A stretch of 64,000 bases of DNA. Source: an uncultured Planctomycetota bacterium. GTDB taxonomy: Bacteria > Planctomycetota > PLA2 > JAEUHO01. The notes below the pieces were generated by a model. That model was given only the letters and a program-made list of their open reading frames with translations. It was not told the DNA's origin and did not search any database. The stretch covers positions 2,048,001 to 2,112,000 of the forward strand of contig CAVVXN010000005.1 in NCBI GenBank assembly GCA_963752285.1. The letters run 5' to 3'. Each line of letters begins with the position of its first letter. The first letter of the stretch is position 1. Made by a program: the position numbers and the translations under genes. Below are positions 18,847-27,701 of this stretch, piece after piece.

Positions 18847-20574
18847 TTGACCTCGGAGAGCGCGTCGCCGCCCGCCCCGCTCTCCCCTCGGGGCCCGGCG
18901 GCCGCCCCCGTTCTTTCCGGGGCCCCCGGCCCGGACGCGCCGGCGTCGCGCGCGCTCCGGCTCCTCGCGCGCCACCCGTTCGCGGTGCTCTTCGCCGTCG
19001 TCCTCGTCCAGGCGATCCCGACGCTCTACAGCCGCGAGTACTGGGCGTTCGACGAGGTCCGCCACGCGAGCGTGCTCCGGGAGCTCGTGGACCACGGGCA
19101 CTGGCTCTCGCTCCACATGAACGGCCAGACCTATCCGGACAAGCCGCCCGTCTACTTCTGGCTCGTGGCCCTCGCGTCGCGCGTCCTCTCGACGGACGGC
19201 CCCGCGGCGTTCTTCCTCGTCTCCGCGTTCGGCGGGTTCGTCTTCCTCACGGGCACGTACGTGCTGGCCCGCGTCACGCTCGCGAAGGGCCGCCCGACGC
19301 TCGCCCTCCTCGCGCCCCTCCTCGCCACCGCGACGCCGATGTACCAGCTCCTGCTCCGCACCACGCGGATGGACCTCCTCTTCGCCGGCGTGATCGTCTG
19401 GGCCGTCGCGCTCCTCTGGCGCGGGCTCGCCCGCGAGCGTCCGAACGGCGGGGTGGTCCTCGGGCTCCTCCTCTCGGGTCTCGCGACGGTCGTGAAGGGA
19501 CCGCTCGGGCTCGGCTTTCCCCTCGCCGGGCTCCTCGCGTGGTGCCTCCTGACCCGCCGGGGGCGGCGCCTCTTCCGCTGGGACGTCGGGCTCGGGCTCG
19601 CCGCCGCCCTCGCCCCGGTCACGCTGTGGCTCGCGGCCCTCGCCTCCCTCGAAGGACCGGGCTACGTCCGCGAGCTCCTCACGGGGCAGGTCGTGGGCCG
19701 CGCCCTCGCGGGTCACGGGCACGGGTACGGGCCGTGGTTCTATCTCGCGGTGCTCCCCGCCGCCGTGATGCCGTGGCCGATCCTCCTCGTCGCCGCGCCG
19801 TGGCGCCGCCTCCGAGACCGGCGGGTGTGGGACGCGTTCCGGCCGCAGGCTCGCGACGACCGCGACGGCAGGATCTTCCTCGCCGCCACGTTCCTGGCCG
19901 GGTTCGTCGTTCTCTCCGCCGCCCGGAGCAAGCTCGTCATCTACGTGATGCCGCTGCTCGGTCCGCTGGCCGTCCTCGCCGCGGACTGGATCTCGCGCCT
20001 TCCCGCGGCGCGGGAGCGGCGCGCGGGAACGGCGCTCGGCGCGGGCGCGCTCCTCGCGTCGTGTGCCGCGGCGCTCGGGAACGCGTTCGTCCCGTTCCCC
20101 CAGGTCCGTCTTCACGGTCTCCTGCCCCTCGCGCTCGTCTTCGCCGGGACCGGCGCCCTCGTGTTCGCGTTCCGTCGTCGCGCGGTCGAGGTCACCGTGC
20201 TCGGCCTGCTCGTGGCGAACACGCTCGTCGCCGCCCTCGTCGTGCCGAGCCTCGACCCCGTGATGAGCCCGCGCGCCGAGGCCGAGGCGATGCGTCGCCT
20301 CGCCGACCGGGGCTGGTCGCCGCTGATGTTCCGCGCGTACCCGGGCGCGTTCACGTACTACGCGGGACGAACGCTTCCGGAGACCCGCGACCTCGACGCG
20401 CTCCGCGCGTACCTCCACGATCACGAGAAGGTGGTCGTCGCGACGCCGCGGCACTATCTCGAGCGCTTCCCCGACGAGCTCGGCGGCCTCACGGTCGTAG
20501 ACGAACGTCGGATCGAGGGCGCGCCGTTCGTGCTCCTCGCCCGTCCCTCGCCACCGGAGGTCCCCCGCCGATGA
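18847..20574 (+). CDS. ArnT/GT39-family glycosyltransferase
   Basis: DEVRHA, YPDKPPVYFW, RMDLL, KGPLG, SKLVIYVMP motifs; multi-pass membrane protein. Confidence 0.88.
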   Translation: MTSESASPPAPLSPRGPAAAPVLSGAPGPDAPASRALRLLARHPFAVLFAVVLVQAIPTLYSREYWAFDEVRHASVLRELVDHGHWLSLHMNGQTYPDKPPVYFWLVALASRVLSTDGPAAFFLVSAFGGFVFLTGTYVLARVTLAKGRPTLALLAPLLATATPMYQLLLRTTRMDLLFAGVIVWAVALLWRGLARERPNGGVVLGLLLSGLATVVKGPLGLGFPLAGLLAWCLLTRRGRRLFRWDVGLGLAAALAPVTLWLAALASLEGPGYVRELLTGQVVGRALAGHGHGYGPWFYLAVLPAAVMPWPILLVAAPWRRLRDRRVWDAFRPQARDDRDGRIFLAATFLAGFVVLSAARSKLVIYVMPLLGPLAVLAADWISRLPAARERRAGTALGAGALLASCAAALGNAFVPFPQVRLHGLLPLALVFAGTGALVFAFRRRAVEVTVLGLLVANTLVAALVVPSLDPVMSPRAEAEAMRRLADRGWSPLMFRAYPGAFTYYAGRTLPETRDLDALRAYLHDHEKVVVATPRHYLERFPDELGGLTVVDERRIEGAPFVLLARPSPPEVPRR

Positions 20575-21215
20575 ACGACGTCCTCGCGCGCCTACAGGCC
20601 TGGGACGCGTCGGCGTTCCTGGCCGTGAACTCCTGGCTCCACCACCTGACGCACCGCAACGAGGAGATCGAGAACGTCCTCCGCGCGGCGAACGAGCTCG
20701 GCAGCGGATGGATCCTCCTCTTCGTGCTGCTCGCGCTCGTGGGCGCGGAGGTCTCGTTTTGCCGCGCTGCGCGGCGTCTCGCCGAGATCGGTCTCGCCGC
20801 GCTCACCGCGGGCCTCGGCACGTGGTTCGTGAAGCGGTGGGTGGACCGGCCACGTCCGGGCGAGGCCCTCGCGGAGGCCTTCCGGGACGGGCGCGCCCAC
20901 TTCGCGTTCGGGATTCACCTGCGGGACGCGGGCTGGCCGTCCGGCCACGCCGCGGGCGCGTTCGCGCTCGCCGTGGTGGTCTGGTGGTGGGCGGCCGAGA
21001 CCCCCGACGCCTGGCGCCGGGTCTTCGTGCGCGTCGGGATCGTGCTCATGGCGTCTCTGACCGCCCTGGCACGCGTGTACGGAGGCGCCCACTACCCCGG
21101 CGACGTGCTCTGCGGCGCCGTGTTCGGCGTGGTCGTGGGCTGGCTCACGGTGGCCACGTCCCGCGCGCTGGCCGGGCCGTACCGACGCCCCGCCCCCCGC
21201 GACCCGGCGCGCTGA
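20571..21215 (+). CDS. PAP2-family phosphatase
   Basis: K.WVDRPRP, PSGH and RVYGGAHYPGDV catalytic motifs; ATGA overlap. Confidence 0.9.
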   Translation: MNDVLARLQAWDASAFLAVNSWLHHLTHRNEEIENVLRAANELGSGWILLFVLLALVGAEVSFCRAARRLAEIGLAALTAGLGTWFVKRWVDRPRPGEALAEAFRDGRAHFAFGIHLRDAGWPSGHAAGAFALAVVVWWWAAETPDAWRRVFVRVGIVLMASLTALARVYGGAHYPGDVLCGAVFGVVVGWLTVATSRALAGPYRRPAPRDPAR

Positions 21216-21234
21216 GCCCGACCCGACGCGACCG

Positions 21235-23352
21235 CTACCCGAAGGCGTGCCAGGGCAGCGACGCGAACACCTTCACGATCAGCGGCGCGAAGACGAGCGA
21301 GATGATCGCCATCAGCTTCAGCAGGATGTTGATGGAGGGGCCCGAGGTGTCCTTGAAGGGATCGCCGACGGTGTCGCCCACGACCGCGGCCTTGTGGCGC
21401 GCTCCGCCCTTCCCGCCCGACTTCTCGATGTACTTCTTCGCGTTGTCCCACGCGCCGCCGGCGTTCGCCAGCATGACGGCGAGCGGCACGCCGGAGACGA
21501 GCGAGCCGGCGAGGAGGCCGCCAAGCGCGTTGGGGCCGAGGAAGAAGCCGACGGCGAGCGGGATGGCCACGGCGAGGATGCCCGGACGGAGCATCTCGCG
21601 GATCGCGCTCTGCGTCGTGATGTCCACGCAACGCGCGTAGTCGGGCTTCGCGTCGGGCAGCCCCTCCTTGAGCCCGGGAACCTCCCGGAACTGACGCTGG
21701 ACCTCGTGGATCACCTTCTGGGCCGCGCGACCGACCGCCTGCATCGTGTCGGCCGTGAAGAGGAAGGGCACCACGCCGCCGATCAGGAGGCCCGCGAGGA
21801 CGATCGGGTTGCCCACGCGCATGTCGAGCTCCGTGCCGAGCCCCTGGAGCGCGGTCCGGTACGCGACGAAGAGCGCGAGGGCGGTCAGCGCGGCGGAGCC
21901 GATCGCGAAGCCCTTCGCGATGGCCGCCGTCGTGTTGCCCGCGGCGTCGAGCGAGTCGGTGCGCTCGCGGACCTCGGGCGGGCAGTGCGCCATCTCGGCG
22001 ATGCCGCCCGCGTTGTCGGCGATCGGCCCGTACGCGTCCACGCCGACCGTGATGCCGAGCGTGCCGAGCATCCCGACCGCCGCGAGGGTGACGCCGTACA
22101 TGCCGGCGAGCAGGTACCCGGCGAGGATCGCGGCGGCGATGATGAGGAGCGGGAAGACGGCCGAGCGGAAGCCGATCGCGATGCCGGCGATGATGTTCGT
22201 CGGCACCGTGTCGCTCTGGTCCGCGAGATCGCGGACGGTCTTGCCGGACGTGTAGTACTCGGCCGTGAATCCGATGCCCATGCCGGCGACGAGCCCGGCA
22301 ACGACCGCGATCGCCCAGTGGAGGAGGTTCACCGCCTGGCTGCCCTCGACGGCCCCTGCGCCCAGCGCGGGGAACACCGCCGGGGACACCACGAGCGCCA
22401 CGACGAACACCAGGGCCGCGAAGAGCAGGCCCGAGACGATCGTGCCCCGTCGGAGCGCGGCCTGCGGGTCGCCGCCCTCCTTCACGCGCACGGAGAACAC
22501 GCCGACGATCGAGGCGAGGACGCCGGCCGCCAGCACGGCGAACACGAAGCCCACGGCCCAGATCGCGGCGTCGCCCTTGAACGAGTCCACCGCGATCACG
22601 ACGGCGCCGAGGATCGCGCCCACGAACGACTCGAAGAGGTCCGCACCCATGCCAGCGACGTCGCCGACGTTGTCGCCGACGTTGTCCGCGATCACCGCCG
22701 GGTTCCGAGGGTCGTCCTCGGGGATGCCCGCCTCGACCTTGCCCACCAGGTCGGCGCCGACGTCGGCCGCCTTCGTGTAGATGCCACCGCCGACGCGCGC
22801 GAAGAGCGCGATCGACGAGGCCCCCATCGAGAAGCCAGCGATGATCGTGGCGGCCTTCGCGACGTCGCCCTCCATGCCGCTGAAGAGGACGAAGAGCAGC
22901 GAGATGCCCAGGATCCCGAGGCTCATCACGAGCATGCCCATCACGACCCCGCCGGGGAACGCGACGTTCAAGGCCTCGTTGAACGACCGGGTCGCGGCCT
23001 GGGTCGTCCTCGCGTTGGCCGCGGTGGCGACCTGCATGCCGCCGAAACCGCAGAGCGTCGAGAGCGCCGCGCCGACGGCGAACGCGATGGCGGTCTTCCA
23101 GCCGAGGCCGACCACGTCGGAGCCCGACAGGAAGACGCAGAGCACCACCGCCACCGCGAGGACGAAGAACACGAGGGTCCGGTACTCGCGACGGAGGAAC
23201 GCCATCGCGCCCTCGCGGATGTGGTCCTGGATCTCCCGCATACGTTCGGTGCCGCGGTCCTTCGAGAGCACCCGCTTCGCGGTGATCCCCGCGAAGATGA
23301 GCCCTACGGCCCCGGCCGCCAACGCCCAGAACACCGTCCCGGGAAGCTGCAT
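21235..23352 (-). CDS. hppA: Membrane ion-pumping pyrophosphatase, K+-dependent (probably Na+-translocating)
   Basis: [49 protein letters not shown]. Confidence 0.96.
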   Translation of the reverse strand: MQLPGTVFWALAAGAVGLIFAGITAKRVLSKDRGTERMREIQDHIREGAMAFLRREYRTLVFFVLAVAVVLCVFLSGSDVVGLGWKTAIAFAVGAALSTLCGFGGMQVATAANARTTQAATRSFNEALNVAFPGGVVMGMLVMSLGILGISLLFVLFSGMEGDVAKAATIIAGFSMGASSIALFARVGGGIYTKAADVGADLVGKVEAGIPEDDPRNPAVIADNVGDNVGDVAGMGADLFESFVGAILGAVVIAVDSFKGDAAIWAVGFVFAVLAAGVLASIVGVFSVRVKEGGDPQAALRRGTIVSGLLFAALVFVVALVVSPAVFPALGAGAVEGSQAVNLLHWAIAVVAGLVAGMGIGFTAEYYTSGKTVRDLADQSDTVPTNIIAGIAIGFRSAVFPLLIIAAAILAGYLLAGMYGVTLAAVGMLGTLGITVGVDAYGPIADNAGGIAEMAHCPPEVRERTDSLDAAGNTTAAIAKGFAIGSAALTALALFVAYRTALQGLGTELDMRVGNPIVLAGLLIGGVVPFLFTADTMQAVGRAAQKVIHEVQRQFREVPGLKEGLPDAKPDYARCVDITTQSAIREMLRPGILAVAIPLAVGFFLGPNALGGLLAGSLVSGVPLAVMLANAGGAWDNAKKYIEKSGGKGGARHKAAVVGDTVGDPFKDTSGPSINILLKLMAIISLVFAPLIVKVFASLPWHAFG

Positions 23353-23487
23353 TCCTGCTCTCCTTCGGCCCTCGACGGCGGGGGGCGAGGGGCGCCAGGC
23401 CCGCCCTCCCCGGCGCCGGAGGCCGAAGAGTGTACGGGGTTCGGACGGCGGCCGGCACGGATTGGCGGCGCGCCCGGGCGCGGGCGG

Positions 23488-23880
23488 TCAGGTCTCCTCC
23501 CCAGCCTCGCCCGCGCCGGCGAGCCTCGCGTGGGCGTACCGCCAGAGGACGCCCCGCTCGCCGTCCGCACGCGGGTCGCCCACGGGCCCTCCGCCGATGG
23601 CGTACCGGTGCCCCACCCGGCCCTCGGCCATCGGGGTCCTCGCGATCTCGAGGACGACGCGGGTCCGGCTTCCGTCCCGGGGGTCGGGACCGGCCCGCCC
23701 GTGCTCCTCGAGGAGCCAGGTCAGGGCCCGCAGGTGGAAGGCGCCCGGCGCCTCCCCCTCGACCACCCGCCACGAGGGCCGGCCGTCGGGCCCGGTCCGC
23801 TCCTCCAGCACCACCCGGCGGACCTCGGCGCCCGGCGGCGGCCAGGCCCGGGGTCTCGGAGAGGGCTCGGCCGGGTTCAT
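23488..23880 (-). CDS. Hypothetical protein
   Basis: 130-aa ORF with a plausible sequence filling the intergenic gap; no family recognised. Confidence 0.55.
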   Translation of the reverse strand: MNPAEPSPRPRAWPPPGAEVRRVVLEERTGPDGRPSWRVVEGEAPGAFHLRALTWLLEEHGRAGPDPRDGSRTRVVLEIARTPMAEGRVGHRYAIGGGPVGDPRADGERGVLWRYAHARLAGAGEAGEET

Positions 23881-23951
23881 GGGGAGGTGGTTCAGAAGCC
23901 CTACAGAGGGCCGCGGCGGGCGGCCGACAGGGAAACCGGAGGTTCCCTTCC

Positions 23952-24344
23952 GTGGCGGCCCGCGTCAACAGCCCCCTCAAGACGTTCGTGCTCTTCCTCC
24001 TGGTCGGGGGATTCGGCTGGCTCTGCTACGAGTACGTCTACGTGCGCCGGATCTTCCAGACCCAGGAGGAGAAGTTCGTCCCCGACGCCGAGCTGAAGCG
24101 CGTCCGCGACGCGGTCCTGGAGACGTACGGGAACGACAAGTGCCTCCTCGAGCTCGGGATGGTCCAGTATCGGATGCGCGAGGGGCGCTACCGCATCGAC
24201 ATCGTCGTGGACGACGGCTGCGAGGAGCAGGCCAAGCGGATGTGCCAGGAGATCTCCGAGTTCGTCGAGGATCGGATCGGGCACGAGGCGGAGGTGTTCG
24301 CTTACACCTCCGGAATGATCCAAATGACCCGCTACATCCCATAG
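23952..24344 (+). CDS. Hypothetical membrane-anchored protein
   Basis: GGAGG RBS at 23938, GTG start, N-terminal TM (FVLFLLVGGFGWLCY), globular C-terminus. Confidence 0.8.
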   Translation: MAARVNSPLKTFVLFLLVGGFGWLCYEYVYVRRIFQTQEEKFVPDAELKRVRDAVLETYGNDKCLLELGMVQYRMREGRYRIDIVVDDGCEEQAKRMCQEISEFVEDRIGHEAEVFAYTSGMIQMTRYIP

Positions 24345-24345
24345 G

Positions 24346-24447
24346 TCGGCGCGCTGAGGGCCCCGTTCGCGGCCCTTCCTCCTCCTTGCGTGCATTCGCA
24401 CGCGGCGTCGTCGTCAGGACCACTCCTTGGGGCCCTCAGCGCGCCGA
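24346..24447. repeat. REP/MITE-like element with 19-bp perfect inverted repeats
   Basis: TCGGCGCGCTGAGGGCCCC (24346-24364) and GGGGCCCTCAGCGCGCCGA (24429-24447); internal hairpin GCGTGC-ATTC-GCACGC. Confidence 0.75.
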
Positions 24448-24465
24448 TGGCGTGCGGACGGGTGT

Positions 24466-24784
24466 GGGCGGGCTCGCGGGCCCGCCTTCGGCGGGGCCCG
24501 CATCGCGGGGGGCGGCGCGGGGGCGGGCTCGCGGGCCCGCCTTTGGCGGGGCCGCTTCGCGGGGGGCGGCGCGGGGGCGGGCTCGCGGGCCCGCCTTTGG
24601 CGGGGCCGCTTCGCGGGGGGCGGCGCGGGGGCGGGCTCGCGGGCCCGCCTTTGGCGGGGCCGCTTCGCGGGGGCGGCGGGGGGGCGGGCTCGCGGGCCCG
24701 CCTTTGGCGGGGCCGCTTCGCGGGGGCGGCGCGGGGGCGGGCTTGCGGGCCCGCCTTTGGCGGGGCCGCTTCGCGGGGGCGGGG
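24466..24784. repeat. Tandem array of about 6 x 54-bp G-rich hairpin units
   Basis: Unit GGGCGGGCTCGCGGGCCCGCCTTTGGCGGGGCCGCTTCGCGGGGGGCGGCGCGG; copies start at about 24466, 24521, 24575, 24629, 24682 and 24735. Confidence 0.93.
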
Positions 24785-26773
24785 CTACGGGGTGGGGAGG
24801 GCCGAGGCTTGGACGGCGCGGCCTGTGGCGCGGTCTTCCACGGCGTCTACGCGGACGGAGCCTTCGGCGGCGAGGAGGTGGACCGCGCGTACGGGGCCCG
24901 TCGCGTCGGAGGCGGTCTTGAAGGTGTGGCCCGTGCCCACGAGGCCGAGGAGCGTCACGCGGGCGGGCGTCGTGCTCGAGACCGCGGCGGCCGTCGCGCG
25001 CGCGGACTGTGCCCGGGACCTCGCCCGCTGCTGGGAGGGGATCGCGCGCTCGCACGTGTAGCCCACGAGGAGGCGGGCGAGGAGGTCGGCCGCCGCCTCC
25101 CGCGGGAGGTCGCTCGCCTCGATGCCCACGAGCGCGCCGACGTCGTCCGTCACCACGAAGCCGGCGCTCGCGCGCTGGTTCAGGAGCGAGGTCCAGCTCG
25201 TGACCGCGCGGCGCACGGTCGGCGCGTCGTAGAACCCGAGGAGGCTGTACGCGTCCGGGCCGCGCGGCTCGACCTCGCGGTCCACCGCCGCCATCACCGA
25301 GTCGCGGCTCGTCGCGCGGGCCAGGACGTCTCTCATCGTCGGCCCGGCCAGAACCCCCACCGCGCGGATCGGGGGCGCCTCGCCGCGCCGCGGGCTCCCG
25401 ACCGGGAAGCACGTCACGGCGAACCGCTCCTCGCCCCGTACGGCGTGGATCCAGACCGGGCGCGCGACCGCGCGGTCCACCCTCCCGCCGGCGAGCAGCT
25501 CGCCCACGGGGAGGAAGATCGGGTGGCGCGATCCCTTGACGATCGCCACGACGTCGTCCTCGACGCCGTCTTTCAGCTCGACGACGCCGTCGTCGATCGC
25601 GCGGCGGAGGTCGTACACCTGCGGGGCACCGCCCGCGGGCGCGGACGCGCCGCCGCCCGGCCCGGTGTCGGTCGCGAGCAGGTGCACGTCGATGCCGATG
25701 CCCGCGAGGTGGAGCGCGCCGTCGGAGAGGAGACGGTCCACCGCCTCGCGACCGCGCGGGAGCCCGACCAGGTCGGGAACGTGGCGACCCGTGTCCACCC
25801 ACGTGCGGGGCTCGGCGTAGTGGTGCGCGTCGGCGAGCGCACGACCCGTGGTCGCCCCGAACCGGTCTCCGAGCCAGTGGAGGTAGCCCTCCACGCCTCC
25901 GGCACCGTGCGCCTGGAGGCACGCGAGCGCGCCGAGCGAGATGCGCCGCGCGTCGCCGGTCCGCGGGTCGATCCAGGGGACGCCGGGCTCGCCGACGCCC
26001 CTCTCGAACGCCCGTTCCACGCGGTCGGCGAGGGCCAGTCGGACGAGCGGCTCGCGCATCGCCTCCCGCTGGTCGTCGCCGAGCGGCAGGAGCGCGCCCG
26101 CTTCCACCGGGCCGAGCGCGGCCAGCGCAGAGGGAGGGAGCGGGGCGGTGGGGTACGGGGCGGTGGGGTACGGGGCGGCGGGGTACGGGGCGGGTGGGAG
26201 TGAGGCGGCGGGGTACGGGGCGGGTGGGAGTGAGGCGGCGGGGTACGGGGCGGGTGGGAGTGAGGCGGCGGCGAGCGGGGCGGGCGGCGGCGCCTGCGGG
26301 ACCGTGGAGCCCCGCGTCGACCCGGAGGACGGCGGGCCGGCGCGCGCGATCGTTCCCGCGTCCGGGCCGGCGACCGCGCTTCCCGCGCCGGGCGTCGCGA
26401 GCAGCGACGCCAGCCCCAGCACGACGAGGACGGACGCCGCCATCGCGAGCGTGCCGTAGCGCACGCGGCGGACCTCGGCCCGGCGAAGGCGCGCGGCCTC
26501 GAGCACCGCGGACCGGATCTCGACGCGGAGGCGGTGCGGCGCGCGGACGTTCGACACGCGCTCCGCGTCCCAGCGCTTCAGCACGCGCGAGACGCCTTCG
26601 GCCTCGCGCGCGAGCCGGCGGCACGACGGGCAGAGGTCCAGGTGGCGCTCGAGCGCGTCGATCTCGGCGGCGGGCAGCTCGCGGTCCACGCGGAGCAGTG
26701 CGGCCTCCTCGAAGCGCTCGCACGGCGACGCGCCCGGATGGGACGGCGGCACGGGGAGGCCGGGCCGCGTCAC
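24785..26773 (-). CDS. Zinc-finger (zf-HC2) anti-sigma factor with TM, Pro-rich linker and ARPP-1/DUF6569-like C-terminal domain
   Basis: C...HLDLCPSCRR (HxxxCxxC), TM AMAASVLVVLGLASLL, and VYDLRRAIDDGVVEL...PIFLPVGELLAGGRVDRAV...VTC. GTGA overlap with the sigma gene. Confidence 0.78.
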   Translation of the reverse strand: MTRPGLPVPPSHPGASPCERFEEAALLRVDRELPAAEIDALERHLDLCPSCRRLAREAEGVSRVLKRWDAERVSNVRAPHRLRVEIRSAVLEAARLRRAEVRRVRYGTLAMAASVLVVLGLASLLATPGAGSAVAGPDAGTIARAGPPSSGSTRGSTVPQAPPPAPLAAASLPPAPYPAASLPPAPYPAASLPPAPYPAAPYPTAPYPTAPLPPSALAALGPVEAGALLPLGDDQREAMREPLVRLALADRVERAFERGVGEPGVPWIDPRTGDARRISLGALACLQAHGAGGVEGYLHWLGDRFGATTGRALADAHHYAEPRTWVDTGRHVPDLVGLPRGREAVDRLLSDGALHLAGIGIDVHLLATDTGPGGGASAPAGGAPQVYDLRRAIDDGVVELKDGVEDDVVAIVKGSRHPIFLPVGELLAGGRVDRAVARPVWIHAVRGEERFAVTCFPVGSPRRGEAPPIRAVGVLAGPTMRDVLARATSRDSVMAAVDREVEPRGPDAYSLLGFYDAPTVRRAVTSWTSLLNQRASAGFVVTDDVGALVGIEASDLPREAAADLLARLLVGYTCERAIPSQQRARSRAQSARATAAAVSSTTPARVTLLGLVGTGHTFKTASDATGPVRAVHLLAAEGSVRVDAVEDRATGRAVQASALPTP
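26141..26271. repeat. Intragenic tandem repeats (3 x 30 bp plus 15-bp units)
   Basis: GCGGCGGGGTACGGGGCGGGTGGGAGTGAG x3, encoding (AASLPPAPYP)3, plus APYPT units. Confidence 0.9.
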
Positions 26774-27435
26774 GAGAGGCCTCCCCCGAGGCGCGGCGGC
26801 GGGACGTCGTCGGCGGGATTCGCCCACTCGCGACCGACCGGCGTATCGGCGAGGTGACGCGCGAGAAGCTTCCGGCCGCGGTGCAGCAGCACCTTCACCT
26901 CGTTCAGCGAGCGTTCCATCACCACCGCGATCTCGCGGTAGCGGAGCCCCTCGAACTCGCGGAGCTCGAGCGCCTTGCGCACCTCCTGCGGCAGCCGCTC
27001 GAGCGCGTCGTGGACCGCGTCCTTCGCCTCGTCGCGACGCAGGCCGGAGGCGGGGTCCACGGGGGCGGCGAGCGGCTCGAGCTCGGTCCCCTCGCAGGCG
27101 ATCGGGTCGATCTGCACCCCCTGGACCTTGCGGCGGCGCTTCTTCTTCCTCAGCGCGTCGAAGCAGAGGTTCGCGAGGACGCGGTAGAACCAGGTCGTGA
27201 AGTGCCCGCGCGGCTGGTAGTGGGTCGCGCTCCGGAAGACCTTCAGGAAGAAGTCCTGCGTCATGTCCTCCGCGGTGTGGTGGTCCCGGAAGATGCGCCA
27301 GCAGTAGCGGTACGCCGCGTCCTGGTGCCGGAGCAGGAGGACCTCGAGCGAAGGCACGTCGCCCCGCGCCAGACGGACCATCAGCTGGTCGTCCGTGAGG
27401 CCGGAGGGAGCGCGGAGCGGGAGGGGCGGTGCCAT
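26770..27435 (-). CDS. ECF RNA polymerase sigma factor (RpoE/SigW-like)
   Basis: AEDMTQDFFLKVF, FTTWFYRVLANLCFD, LRYREIA..MERSLNEVKVLLHRGR. Confidence 0.93.
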   Translation of the reverse strand: MAPPLPLRAPSGLTDDQLMVRLARGDVPSLEVLLLRHQDAAYRYCWRIFRDHHTAEDMTQDFFLKVFRSATHYQPRGHFTTWFYRVLANLCFDALRKKKRRRKVQGVQIDPIACEGTELEPLAAPVDPASGLRRDEAKDAVHDALERLPQEVRKALELREFEGLRYREIAVVMERSLNEVKVLLHRGRKLLARHLADTPVGREWANPADDVPPPRLGGGLS

Positions 27436-27701
27436 GGCCTCTCTTCGAAACGCCGCCGGGAACCGGTCGCCTCGGGCGGACCGTCCCCGGGGCTCGGACC
27501 GAGCGCCCGGACGCCCCGGCGCCGGTCCGGCGGACCCGTTCCGACCGGGGTTCGGCCTCCGCCCGGCGGCCCGGGCCGCCGGCAGGTGGAGCCTACCCCC
27601 GGACCGCCCCGACGGCCGGCGCCGGGCGGGGTCCGGGGAACCGGTCCGAGTATCCTCCCCAACTCCGGAGCCGGCCAGCGGTTCCGTCACCCGGGGGGTG
27701 C

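Noticed and set aside
23451..23467. Sigma-54 promoter-like CGGCACGGATTGGC
   Set aside because: GG-to-GC spacing is one base short and no suitably placed gene follows on that strand.
24466..24784. CRISPR array
   Set aside because: Units are contiguous and near-identical with no unique spacers; no cas genes in the window.
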